DNA of 28,628 bases from Candidatus Hadarchaeum sp. (GCA_038851515.1 JAWCKT010000002.1:1-28628), one strand, 5' to 3'; shown: positions 1 through 9,090, counted from the stretch's first letter. The notes: generated by a model from the letters alone, not told the origin. Numbers and translations are program-made.

Positions 1-1
1 A

Positions 2-418
2 TTCGCTCGCATACTTGAGCTAGCCGAGAACTACGATAAACCAGTCATCATCCACTCCCGCTGGGCTTGGCGCGAAGCTTTTGAGATGGTAAAAAGTACT
101 GGAGCCATGAGAGCGGTTTTTCATTGGTACAGCGGCCCGTTGGATGTCCTGCGAGAAATCATCGAACAGGGATTTTATATCTCGGCAACTCCTGCTGCTG
201 AGTTCAGCAAAGCGCACCAAATGGTGATAAAAGAGGTGCCGCTCGAAAGGCTGTTGCTTGAAACAGATTCTCCGGTAAAATATCGGGGAATTGTCTCCAC
301 GCCGAGTCACATTCTCAAAACACTGAAAGCGGTAGCGCAGCTGAAGGAAATCGACGAATCTCGGCTAGCCGAAATAACGACGAAAAACGCTACTAACATT
401 TTTAGAATAAAAATTTAG
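2..418 (+). CDS. tatD: TatD-family hydrolase, C-terminal part (5' end lies outside the window)
   Basis: Frame is open from nt 2 (FARILELAENYDKPVIIHSR) and continues into the 86..418 ORF. Motifs KPVIIHSR, VFHWYSG and LLLETDSP. Ends in TAG. Confidence 0.9.
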   Translation, partial: FARILELAENYDKPVIIHSRWAWREAFEMVKSTGAMRAVFHWYSGPLDVLREIIEQGFYISATPAAEFSKAHQMVIKEVPLERLLLETDSPVKYRGIVSTPSHILKTLKAVAQLKEIDESRLAEITTKNATNIFRIKI

Positions 419-419
419 T

Positions 420-1769
420 TTAAATTATCTTTTTCACTAAATTTACTGTTTTACTTAGTATCTCCTCCGCACGCCCTGGGGTTCTTGCCTCAGCTGTTAC
501 TCGCACATACGGCTCCGTACCCGATGCTCTGACCAAAACCCAACCGTCTAAGAGATTCACGCGAAGACCATCAATTTTAAGAATCCCGATATTCTCGCTG
601 AATTCTTTCGCCAGCTTTTTAGAAGCCGAGTCGATCAACTTGGCCTTCTGTTCCTCAGGGCAAGCGATTTTTTCCCTAATCATGTAGTACTTCGGCAGGG
701 GGCCTAATAACTCAGAAATCTTTTTTCCAGAAACATCCATAAGCTCTAGAACTTTCAATGCGCCAAGCAAGCTTTCAGGAGCCATGCTGAATCGTGGGAA
801 AATCCATGCCCCACAGGGCTCGCCGCCGAACATTGCTCCGCGACGTCTGATTTCGGCTACAACGCTGACATCCCCCACTTTAGTCCTGACAACCTTGCCA
901 CCATTATTAGCCACGACTTCATCAACAACATTAGAGGCATCAACAGTGGTAACTATTACGTCTCCTTTTTTAGTGACTTGACTTGAAGCCATGATTGCCA
1001 GAACTTCATCACCAGAAGCCACTGAACCATTCTCACTTATGATGACCACCCTATCGGCGTCGCCATCATGAGCGATGCCTAAATCGGATTCGGTTGACCT
1101 CACTACACGACCAAGCTCAACTAGGTTCTCCGGGCTGGGCTCAGGCGGCCGCCCCGGGAAAAGACCATCCGGCTGGGAGTTCATCGAAATCACTTTGCAA
1201 CCAACCCTTCGGAGTAGCTCTGGAGTCGCGACGGAGGCCGCCCCGTTTCCGCAATCAACCACTACCTTATAACTCCGAGAAAGTTGAACTGCGCCGACGA
1301 GAGCGCTAATATAATCCGGCAAAATATCTAAATCTTCAACTTCACCGATTTCCTTCCAAGAAACCTGCCGCCATTTTTTTCCAAAGTAAATCCGTTCAAC
1401 TTTGCCCTCAAGCAATGGAGTATATGCCATTCCAAATGAGTCGAAGAATTTAACCCCATTGTACTCCGGCGGGTTGTGAGAGGCGGTGATCATGACGCCA
1501 GCTTTTGCCCGCAAACTTCTAACGGCGAAGCTAACCGCTGGTGTTGGCACCACGCCCAAGCGCTTGACATCACAACCCCCTGAAAGCAAACCGGAAATCA
1601 AACAGCTCTCAATCAGGTCGCTTGAGGTTCTCGGGTCCTTCCCTACGACCACAGTCCCTGAGTTACCTAGTAGAGAGGCAAGTGACCGCCCCAGATCCAT
1701 AACTAGGCTTGGTGTGATTTGTTTCCCCACCAACCCGCGCGCTCCGGAGGTTCCAAAGAGCCTTCCCAT
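420..1769 (-). CDS. glmM: Phosphohexomutase (phosphoglucosamine mutase / PMM-PGM family)
   Basis: RLFGTSGARG, phosphoserine loop ITASHNPPEYNG, metal loop DGDADR and VRASGTEP. Start at ATG 1769 (alternative ATG 1778); the track start at 1829 overlaps rps3ae. Substrate specificity cannot be determined. Confidence 0.8.
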   Translation of the reverse strand: MGRLFGTSGARGLVGKQITPSLVMDLGRSLASLLGNSGTVVVGKDPRTSSDLIESCLISGLLSGGCDVKRLGVVPTPAVSFAVRSLRAKAGVMITASHNPPEYNGVKFFDSFGMAYTPLLEGKVERIYFGKKWRQVSWKEIGEVEDLDILPDYISALVGAVQLSRSYKVVVDCGNGAASVATPELLRRVGCKVISMNSQPDGLFPGRPPEPSPENLVELGRVVRSTESDLGIAHDGDADRVVIISENGSVASGDEVLAIMASSQVTKKGDVIVTTVDASNVVDEVVANNGGKVVRTKVGDVSVVAEIRRRGAMFGGEPCGAWIFPRFSMAPESLLGALKVLELMDVSGKKISELLGPLPKYYMIREKIACPEEQKAKLIDSASKKLAKEFSENIGILKIDGLRVNLLDGWVLVRASGTEPYVRVTAEARTPGRAEEILSKTVNLVKKII

Positions 1770-1794
1770 TGGGACCATCCAAGTTAAAAATAAC

Positions 1795-2403
1795 CTACTG
1801 GCTCTTAACCTGCGCGGGACTGGGCTCACTCAGGACCTTGCTCTTGTAAACTTCCACCCGACGGATAGGACAATATTTCTTGGCTTCCTTGTAAATATCG
1901 GCCGAGAGTTTCCCCAACACCGCCTCCTGAACGAACTGGTCCAGCGTTCTCTCCGCCGCTCTAGTCTCAACCACTTTTCTCATGTCCTTGTGGATGAAAT
2001 CAAGCTTAGTGCTCTGCACCCGCCTAAGCGTAGTTACCATTGAGGTAACACGCATCTTATAGCCGTCCTTGGTGGTCACTGTCGCAATGTCGTCAACCTT
2101 GCCAGCTCTCCTCCTGACCTGACTTCGGATATAGTCGCGGGCCATCTCATGCCCGATAAACTTCGTCACTGCCTGCCTGTCCCTGACTTCCTTGACTTGG
2201 AAATACAGCTTGATGTGGGACTTGGAAAAATCCTCGATTAGGTCCCCCAGCGTGGTCTCAAATACCCGGCCCAACAGCTGCTCGGGCTCAGACGCCAGCG
2301 TCTCCCCTATCTTTTGGCTGCCAAACATCGGCGGCGCCACTACCTCAAACCACTCCTTCTCCCGCCAAGCTTTTTTCACCACTCGCTTTTTTTCCTCCGC
2401 CAT
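1795..2403 (-). CDS. rps3ae: 30S ribosomal protein S3Ae (eS1)
   Basis: WREKEWFEVVAPPMFG, FETTLGDL, FIGHEMARDYIRSQVRR and IYKEAKKYCPIRRVEVYKSKV. Its ATG overlaps the serS stop (TAATG). Confidence 0.95.
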   Translation of the reverse strand: MAEEKKRVVKKAWREKEWFEVVAPPMFGSQKIGETLASEPEQLLGRVFETTLGDLIEDFSKSHIKLYFQVKEVRDRQAVTKFIGHEMARDYIRSQVRRRAGKVDDIATVTTKDGYKMRVTSMVTTLRRVQSTKLDFIHKDMRKVVETRAAERTLDQFVQEAVLGKLSADIYKEAKKYCPIRRVEVYKSKVLSEPSPAQVKSQ

Positions 2404-3908
2404 TACTCAACCACCTTTGGAACGGGTGGTAGTGAACCGACCCGTCTTCTTATCGGATCAGGCCACCGCGAGGGGTCAAAACCATGCTGGGCGAGGAATC
2501 CTGCCACCCAGCGGCTCGTCCCGAAGCCGCAGCAGCCCGTCCAAACCTGCCGACCTTTGACCTCCTTTATTTTAAAGGTTTCCACGAACTTGGTTTTATG
2601 CACGTTGTAAGAGCCTATCTCGAGCCAACTATTATTGTATGGCAATAGAACTTCAACGTCATACGTGGCCACTTGGCTACTGTTGCTCCCGTCGCCGACA
2701 ATTCCCTCTCTCATGTAAAACGGGGTAGCTACCAAGAGTCTCCACTCCATCTCCAGCTGGTCAACTACTTCGATGCTCTGATTAACTACCGCGTCACGAA
2801 TTGAAACTACATCTTCCGGTGAACCCAGAAAGACGAATTCGATGCGGCGGAACTCCTGAGTCCTGAGCAGCCCCTCGACGCCGCCGCCTTCCCAGCGATA
2901 AGTCCAGCCACTTCGGTCGAACTGCTTCACAGGAAGATCCTCGATTCTAACGTGGCTAAAAGCAAAGGTCTCGTAGAAGGGCTCACACTGCGCTGGGGCC
3001 AGTACATAGGCCGGCTCTTTCAGTATCTTTTTGAGCTCTTCAATCGGGACTCGCTTGGTGAGCTTGAGTTTCTGTTTGAAATCCTTAAAGGCCTCTGGAT
3101 CCCTCGGTGGTGGAGAAACATAATACATGCCTTCAGGGACCCCATCCAGATAGCCCGGCATCCTCTGCATCACCTCAAGCGGTATGAGCTTGGGCAGCAT
3201 TACCTCCTCAAACTTCAAGGGGCGGGCCACTTTCTCAATAATAATGTCTTCAATCGCTTGGAGTAGTTTTGCGTAAGGTTCCTCGTAAATCCACTGGCCG
3301 CGACCAGGGAAATCCCTAATCCACCCAAGCTTCTTGGCAACATCAAAGGGGTTTTCCTTAAAAGCATGTGTACGCTTTGGTCCCTCTCTGACGACCTTAG
3401 GCTCAGCGGCTCTCGCAGACGCACGAGAGATGATCTCCTCAACCATTGAAACCAGCCTGTCAACTACTCTGCCTCTTAGATCGGCTTCGGTGAGCTCCTT
3501 TATGTGAATTTCAACCGAAGACTCACTAATGACCACCTCGTAGGGCAATTTCTTTATCTCATCCACCGCCTCCGCTGGAGCCTCCGCGATTGGTAAAATA
3601 ATCCGATAATCGCGGGCAGATATCCCCCTGAGACCCAGCTTATGCTTCTTCCCCAGCTCAGTTGCCAAAATCTTGGCGAGCCTGAGCAGCGCATCGTGTG
3701 CCCTAACATAGCGCCCCGACTCCAGCTCCAATTCAAGTTCACTTCCAACTACTTGCCATCTGATTATCCTTGCCGCCTCAGTCTCCTTACCCTTAGGCGC
3801 TCCCTTGATGAGAATAGCTTCAGCACTCTTGAAAACGGCGCCTATGTCTTCCATTACCCTGGAGAGGTCGCCACTGAACACAATTTTGCCTTTTAGTTCA
3901 AATCTCAC
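2403..3908 (-). CDS. serS: Seryl-tRNA synthetase, methanogen type (type 2, Zn-dependent)
   Basis: N-terminus MRFELKGKIVFS, GRGQWIY, LAPAQCEPFY, FDRSGWTYRWEGGG, EFRRIEFV and TGCCGFGTSRW. The Cys/Glu/Cys Zn-ligand positions of the methanogen-type enzyme are present. GTG start. Confidence 0.9.
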   Translation of the reverse strand: MRFELKGKIVFSGDLSRVMEDIGAVFKSAEAILIKGAPKGKETEAARIIRWQVVGSELELELESGRYVRAHDALLRLAKILATELGKKHKLGLRGISARDYRIILPIAEAPAEAVDEIKKLPYEVVISESSVEIHIKELTEADLRGRVVDRLVSMVEEIISRASARAAEPKVVREGPKRTHAFKENPFDVAKKLGWIRDFPGRGQWIYEEPYAKLLQAIEDIIIEKVARPLKFEEVMLPKLIPLEVMQRMPGYLDGVPEGMYYVSPPPRDPEAFKDFKQKLKLTKRVPIEELKKILKEPAYVLAPAQCEPFYETFAFSHVRIEDLPVKQFDRSGWTYRWEGGGVEGLLRTQEFRRIEFVFLGSPEDVVSIRDAVVNQSIEVVDQLEMEWRLLVATPFYMREGIVGDGSNSSQVATYDVEVLLPYNNSWLEIGSYNVHKTKFVETFKIKEVKGRQVWTGCCGFGTSRWVAGFLAQHGFDPSRWPDPIRRRVGSLPPVPKVVE

Positions 3909-3971
3909 TTAATCGCCAAAAACTTAATCATCTAACGGATATGAAAAGCTTGCCCTCGGTTTGCCACCGTC

Positions 3972-4430
3972 CTACTTTATCTTGGCTGCAACCATCCGGC
4001 CAAACTCAACTGCCTTGGTCAGCTCCTCTTCAGAAACTGGCCCCTTCATGCCCTGAACCTTTACCGAAAGCCCTGGTGCCAGCACTTTGGCGCGAGGAAT
4101 CTTTTCAATTATTCTCTTCTCCAGTTTTTTCACCGCTTTTTCAAAATCACCGCCAAGATAGGTGTCAAAGGCGACGAAAGTCTTGCCTTCCAAGCCCTGT
4201 TTTCCCAGCTCATCGACAAACTTTCTGACTCCGCGCGTTGGTCCACCGATATGGTTGGGCGAACCTATGAAGATCGCATCATACTCATGAAGATCGCCGA
4301 GATTCAACTCCTTTATTTCAGCAAGCTGTGGCCGCTCTCCCTATACTTTTTTCAACCCCTCGGCGATTTTTTCTGCCACGAGCTTGGTGTTGCCATATTT
4401 TGACTCGTAGGCGATTAATACCTTAATCAA
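3972..4430 (-). pseudogene. Flavodoxin-like protein interrupted by an in-frame TAG at codon 30 (pseudogene, readthrough or sequence error)
   Basis: TTG at 4430 after GGGTGGTG gives MIKVLIAYESKYGNTKLVAEKIAEGLKKV, then TAG (4341-4343), then GERPQLAEIKE in frame with the 3972..4307 ORF (DAIFIGSPNH, FVAFDTY). The FMN-binding loop YESKYGNT lies upstream of the stop. Confidence 0.85.
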
Positions 4431-4531
4431 AGCACCACCCTAAGTTTATTATTTTCAGATTATCCTTTCCAGTAATTCATAAAAAAACTTACAATTGAGG
4501 AAAGCTGAATCCGGGGTGAAAAATAATTCCT

Positions 4532-4765
4532 TTACAACATGCTTTCGGCAGTTAAAGTACAAGCGAGCAGGTCGTCAAGCGTGGCTAAAAGTGTTTCCAG
4601 CTTTCCATCCAGCTCGATTAAACTAACCATCTTATTCCCCTTAGATACCGTCGAAACCAGCATTCCTTTTGACAGTCCAAGATTGTCGGGTGCGAGAGCC
4701 TTGGCCACCGCCATCGCTACCTTGCTATTTTTGTACTCGCAGACAACCTTGGCTTGCATTTTCAT
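4532..4765 (-). CDS. pcc1: KEOPS complex subunit Pcc1
   Basis: 77 aa with ALAPDN and TLLATLDDLL. Sits downstream of DHH and upstream of serS/rps3ae, as in the conserved archaeal operon. ATGA overlap with the upstream DHH gene. Confidence 0.75.
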   Translation of the reverse strand: MKMQAKVVCEYKNSKVAMAVAKALAPDNLGLSKGMLVSTVSKGNKMVSLIELDGKLETLLATLDDLLACTLTAESML

Positions 4766-6117
4766 ACCATCACCAATGTGGAGGAACTCTGCTCAGCTCC
4801 GGGCAGGGCCCCTTGCTGAAAAATCTCCGCCATCGTCCAGAGAAGTTCTCTCATGACTGAATACATGGGTACCGATTCACCAGCAAAACACTCGGCTGCA
4901 TCAGCATGTCCTCCCCCTTCGATTCCAGCATGACCAGGATATAGTCGTCGCAACCGATCCGCTAGCTGAGAACAAACTCCGCTACAATCGATTATACCGC
5001 CGCCTCCGCGCATGGATATGTGAACCCCGTTTTCCTTCGGGCAAAACACGATTATCATCGTACCTCCATGGCCGAAGGCCCTTTTGAGCGGTTCTAGCTG
5101 TGTGGATGCGACATAGGGCAATATTGCCGGAAACGGGACAGACTGCATACGAGAAACTTCCCGAGCGAAAACCAAGTAAACTCCAATGTTCCTAACCTCG
5201 CCCAGAAAAATTGGGCCTCGTACCCGAGACTCTAGTTGCTCCCAATCTAAGCGAAAATGCTTCAGAACACGGGAAATGATTTTACCTGGTGGTGAAATGG
5301 TCAAAAAATCATCAAGGTTCCTAAATTCTGCGGGTCTTTTAGTTGACACTATATCATTAAGAAAGTCTAAGACCAGATCCTGACCAGAAACAGCTGCGTC
5401 CAAAATTTCTCCGTAGTAATGAGCCAAGGTCCCCACCTGAAGCGCCTCGGCAATCTGATTTATCAAAGCGGTGCGTCTCCTGTCCACTAAATCATACATT
5501 GTGGGATCACCTAGCCTAGTCTTGAACAGCTGAGGGAACATTCTCATCGAACGCTCAACAAAAGGCTGGACAAATTCTGCACATCTTCTTTCAACAGGGT
5601 CAAACGTGAAATCCGCTCTACAGCCAATCAAGGCGACAAAATCATCGAATTCATCAGTCGGGCTCAATTGAGTGGCGAGCATGTGGCACATCAATGAAGC
5701 TGAGGTGGAAACATGTTGCTCCACCGAAGGATTGAAAACAACTGCCCCTTTTGGATTGCCGTGGGTTGTGTGGTGGTCGATGATTAGAATGTTTTCTACC
5801 TTTTCGGAAAAGTCTCCGTAGGAGGCAAAGGTCCCCTTGTCAGAGATCACTAGCAAATCAAACTTTCCCTTCGAAACAAAACCCAAATCCTCCTCCAGAA
5901 GCCGGAATCGCTCAGGCATTTTTACCGTAACCTTGGCCCCTAACTGTAGAAACATTCGCCGCAGGAGGAAGGCACTAGCAACGCCATCTAAATCATGGTG
6001 GGAAAAATTGATCACTTTCAGCTCTCTCTGTCGGCTAAGCTCCTTTATCAGCTCGACTGCTTTGGCAAAACCTGAATCTCTCTCCTGCAATAACTGCAGT
6101 TGTTCACGGTAGTTCAT
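4762..6117 (-). CDS. DHH-family phosphoesterase, divergent RecJ/Cdc45-like paralogue
   Basis: Motifs FSHHDLDG, LVISDKG, IIDHH and the DHHA1 motif GGGHADAA. ATGA overlaps at both ends. Confidence 0.85.
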   Translation of the reverse strand: MNYREQLQLLQERDSGFAKAVELIKELSRQRELKVINFSHHDLDGVASAFLLRRMFLQLGAKVTVKMPERFRLLEEDLGFVSKGKFDLLVISDKGTFASYGDFSEKVENILIIDHHTTHGNPKGAVVFNPSVEQHVSTSASLMCHMLATQLSPTDEFDDFVALIGCRADFTFDPVERRCAEFVQPFVERSMRMFPQLFKTRLGDPTMYDLVDRRRTALINQIAEALQVGTLAHYYGEILDAAVSGQDLVLDFLNDIVSTKRPAEFRNLDDFLTISPPGKIISRVLKHFRLDWEQLESRVRGPIFLGEVRNIGVYLVFAREVSRMQSVPFPAILPYVASTQLEPLKRAFGHGGTMIIVFCPKENGVHISMRGGGGIIDCSGVCSQLADRLRRLYPGHAGIEGGGHADAAECFAGESVPMYSVMRELLWTMAEIFQQGALPGAEQSSSTLVMV

Positions 6118-7523
6118 GGCCCATCACTCTCCATTGCGCCGTCTAACTCTCTTACAAAATCGTCCAGACGATCTTTTGGGATGCGGGCCGCAGCTGAAAC
6201 ATCGTGCCCTCCACCATAGCCCCCCACCGCGGCCGCTGCCCTTGCGATCGTCTTTCCAAGGTTCACATCCGTTGCTACCGAGCTTGGCGCTACCCTACCG
6301 GAAATTTTAACAAACCCATCTCCTGTATCTGCCATACCAACGACTGGTTGATCTGTCGGAATCAGCGCTGACTCAATCGCCAGAGAAATCAGTTCGCCAA
6401 GAATTGCCGAGTCGATGGCATTTCCAGCATAAAGGTATCGGAAATTGGTGGCAAGCTTAAATGAAGCCAACTTATCGACCAGCCATCCCAATGCCTCGAG
6501 CATCCGTTCATGATAGCTGCTGAGTAAGCCAAGGGCATCCATTTGGTAGCTTCCGTCTCCAACCGCCAACGCAAAACCAATCTCGGGCTTCCTCATGTTC
6601 CCGCACGCATCGATGAGGGCTGCGTATTCTCCCAGTTCTTTGGGTCCGACCAAATCTTCATTGGCGGCCGTCAAAATTGTCCCCCACAGTGTCTGGCGAA
6701 ATTCCTCCTTGACGGCCTGAGCACCAACCTTGGAAAAAATAGCATCAGCAAGTCTTCTCTCCATCTCAGCTCCAAGCTCGGAGATTAAGCTAGAGTGAGA
6801 TATGCCCAAAGAATCCAATAATGAACTACACGATGAAAGATTGCCTGAGAGGCCCAAAAGATATGGCCTGATAGAAGTCCTCAAGCACTCAACCGTAGGG
6901 ACCAAACTCCGTCTGGTCATTCTTAAACCATCGCTCTCCCGAACCAACCCAAGGTCCACCGAGCGCTTCAATAAGGTGTCGTTGACCCCCGTAAACCCAG
7001 ACGGCTGCTCCTGTCTATCCCCGATGGCGCCAACTATCGCCAGACTGATTAGCGATCTGAACCGAAGGTCAAGCTGCTCCACAACTGAAAATACAGATCC
7101 GCTGGCGCTAACATCGGTGGAGCCACTAAGGCCGCAATTATGAGGATTAAGACAGGAAAGTTTTGGATGCTCTAGCAGATGTCCCGGATGGTGGTCGATT
7201 ATAATTACCTCCTTATCCCGCGCCAGCAGGTGCTTGTTGATTGCATCCAGCTGTCCGCTACCCTGGTCAAGAAAGATGTAGAGGCCATAGTTCTCCGCAC
7301 CAAGTTGAGCGATGTCATCTTCGCTCGGGGGTTTCCACAACTTGACGGTGAAGGGGACATTGTAGGAGTAAAGACACCTAGCCAGTATCGCTGCTGAGGC
7401 AATCCCATCGGCATCTGTGTGGGAAACTACCTTGACCCTTGTCTTACCATCCAGCCTCGGTCTGAGAAAAGCTGCGACCTCCTCTGACGCCCTACGAAAC
7501 CTCTTGATCTCCGCCCTTCCCAT
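6114..7523 (-). CDS. DHH-family RecJ/Cdc45-like nuclease (GAN-like, rps15-linked)
   Basis: VVSHTDADG, FLDQGSG, IIDHH, LNPH, GAIGDRQE and GGGHDVSAAARI. GGTGA RBS 6 nt upstream of the ATG. Confidence 0.9.
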   Translation of the reverse strand: MGRAEIKRFRRASEEVAAFLRPRLDGKTRVKVVSHTDADGIASAAILARCLYSYNVPFTVKLWKPPSEDDIAQLGAENYGLYIFLDQGSGQLDAINKHLLARDKEVIIIDHHPGHLLEHPKLSCLNPHNCGLSGSTDVSASGSVFSVVEQLDLRFRSLISLAIVGAIGDRQEQPSGFTGVNDTLLKRSVDLGLVRESDGLRMTRRSLVPTVECLRTSIRPYLLGLSGNLSSCSSLLDSLGISHSSLISELGAEMERRLADAIFSKVGAQAVKEEFRQTLWGTILTAANEDLVGPKELGEYAALIDACGNMRKPEIGFALAVGDGSYQMDALGLLSSYHERMLEALGWLVDKLASFKLATNFRYLYAGNAIDSAILGELISLAIESALIPTDQPVVGMADTGDGFVKISGRVAPSSVATDVNLGKTIARAAAAVGGYGGGHDVSAAARIPKDRLDDFVRELDGAMESDGP

Positions 7524-7571
7524 CCCAGATCACCGCTCTTCAGGAGCCATTTTGCCGCCACATGTAATAAC

Positions 7572-7583
7572 TTTTATTAATTT
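7572..7583. promoter_or_regulatory. Putative bidirectional TATA element between the divergent DHH and thioredoxin-like genes
   Basis: TTTTATTAATTT in an 87-nt intergenic gap, about 30 nt before ATG 7611 and about 50 nt before ATG 7523. Confidence 0.45.
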
Positions 7584-7610
7584 GATGAAAGCATTAACTT
7601 CAGGGATCTT

Positions 7611-7991
7611 ATGAAAGTTCAAATCTTATACACCATGGATTGTCCTTGGTGCCTAAAGACCAAGAAACTGGTGAGAGAAAGCCTGAACGAACTCGGTGTA
7701 AACGCTGAGCTTGAGGAAATTCTAATAGATACTGAGGAAAAGGCGAAAAAACACCGCTTTACGGGTTCGCCCACGGTTAGAATTAATGGCAAAGACGTTC
7801 AGGATGAAGCCATAAAGGATAGATGCCTGCCCTGCGAAGAACTAGCAGAACGTGTTAAGACCACCACCCAATTTGTCAAGCAAGAATGTATGTGCGGTTG
7901 TAGAATATACTTCTACCGCGGTAAACACTATCCTTATCCACCCAAAGGGATGATTAAAGCTGTCATCAAAAAATCCTTGCCCACTCAATAG
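7611..7991 (+). CDS. Cys-rich thioredoxin/glutaredoxin-fold protein (DUF2703-like)
   Basis: N-terminal CPWC, FTGSPTVRINGKD (cis-Pro loop) and CRIY. Seven Cys in 126 aa. Confidence 0.75.
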   Translation: MKVQILYTMDCPWCLKTKKLVRESLNELGVNAELEEILIDTEEKAKKHRFTGSPTVRINGKDVQDEAIKDRCLPCEELAERVKTTTQFVKQECMCGCRIYFYRGKHYPYPPKGMIKAVIKKSLPTQ

Positions 7992-8099
7992 ATCGCTAGC
8001 TTAATTAAATAAATTCAATAGGTAAATTTAATTCAGTAACCAAAATTGCAGAGTTTAATCAGGTGCGGGATTTACTCTTCCTGACCGCTAAATTTATTT

Positions 8100-8522
8100 T
8101 TAGCCTCGCACTAGCAGCGCCGCCCTCTCCCTGTCATATCTCCAGTCCGCGGGCAGAATTCCCTTGCGCTTGTAGTAAGTTGCCAGCTTGTTAACCCTAG
8201 CTTCCACTCTCTCCAGGGACCTTTTAGTCCTGAAATCCTTCGGGTTCCGGTCGAGGTGGCTAGCTATCCTCACTGCGTTCCGGATAACGTTAACCAAGTC
8301 CTCAGGTAGCTCTGCTTTAATTCCATGGGCTTCCAGTATCTCCTTCACGCTCTTTCCGGTGAGCTTTTTGACATTTGGTACCGCGTGCTGATCGCGTAAG
8401 ATCAAGCCAATTTTGCTCGGGGGAACCCCTTCCTTTCCCAGCTTAACCACTAACCCCTCCACTTCGCTGGCAGAAAGCTCCGCCCCTCTGCCCAAACTCA
8501 ACCCTGTCTTTCTCGTTGCCAT
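8100..8522 (-). CDS. rps15: 30S ribosomal protein S15 (uS15, archaeal S15P/S13e type)
   Basis: EVEGLVVKLGKEGVPPSKIGLILRDQ, ELPEDL, HLDRNPKD and YYKRKGILPADWRY. GGGTGA RBS. Confidence 0.95.
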   Translation of the reverse strand: MATRKTGLSLGRGAELSASEVEGLVVKLGKEGVPPSKIGLILRDQHAVPNVKKLTGKSVKEILEAHGIKAELPEDLVNVIRNAVRIASHLDRNPKDFRTKRSLERVEARVNKLATYYKRKGILPADWRYDRERAALLVRG

Positions 8523-8526
8523 TTTC

Positions 8527-9090
8527 TCACCCTTTCACTTCTATGAACCAATTCAAAAACTTATCTACTGCCCTAGCGCGGTGGGAAAAGAGGTTCTTTT
8601 CCGATACCGTCATCTCGGCAAATGTCCTGCCATCACCTTCGCGCGGCACAAAGATGGGATCGAAGCCAAAGCCAAGAGTTCCTCTAGCCTCCTCAGCTAT
8701 CTTACCTTCAACCCTGCCCACAAACACCATTGGTTCCTTCCCGGGCTCGCAGTACGCTACTGCCGACCTAAATTCGGCGCTACGATCGTCAAAGCCAGAT
8801 ATTAGCTTGAGGATTCCTGGATTACCGATGGTGCGAAAGATGTAGTTGGAATATGGGCCGGGAAAGCCGTTGAGGGCTTTCACGAAAAGTCCGGCATCCT
8901 CCACAAAGCAGGGTTTACTCAGCTTGATGCTGACCTCCATGACACTTGCGCGGGCTATCTCTTCAAGATCATCCGCTTGAATCTCTGGATAACGCCATTT
9001 ATAGTGAAAAACTTGAATGCCCCGCCTTCTCGCCAGCTCACTGACCTCAGCGAACTTGTGCTGATTACTAGTTACAAAGGTCAGCGCCAT
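8527..9090 (-). CDS. rdgB: Non-canonical purine NTP pyrophosphatase (RdgB/HAM1)
   Basis: FVTSNQHK, VEDAGLFVKALNGFPGPYS, GFGFDPIF and EKNLFSHRARA. Confidence 0.95.
   Translation of the reverse strand: MALTFVTSNQHKFAEVSELARRRGIQVFHYKWRYPEIQADDLEEIARASVMEVSIKLSKPCFVEDAGLFVKALNGFPGPYSNYIFRTIGNPGILKLISGFDDRSAEFRSAVAYCEPGKEPMVFVGRVEGKIAEEARGTLGFGFDPIFVPREGDGRTFAEMTVSEKNLFSHRARAVDKFLNWFIEVKG

Noticed and set aside
4267-4297. 11-nt direct repeat ATGAAGATCGC (4267 and 4287)
   Set aside because: Only two copies, inside coding sequence and in different frames. It is not a CRISPR or tandem array.
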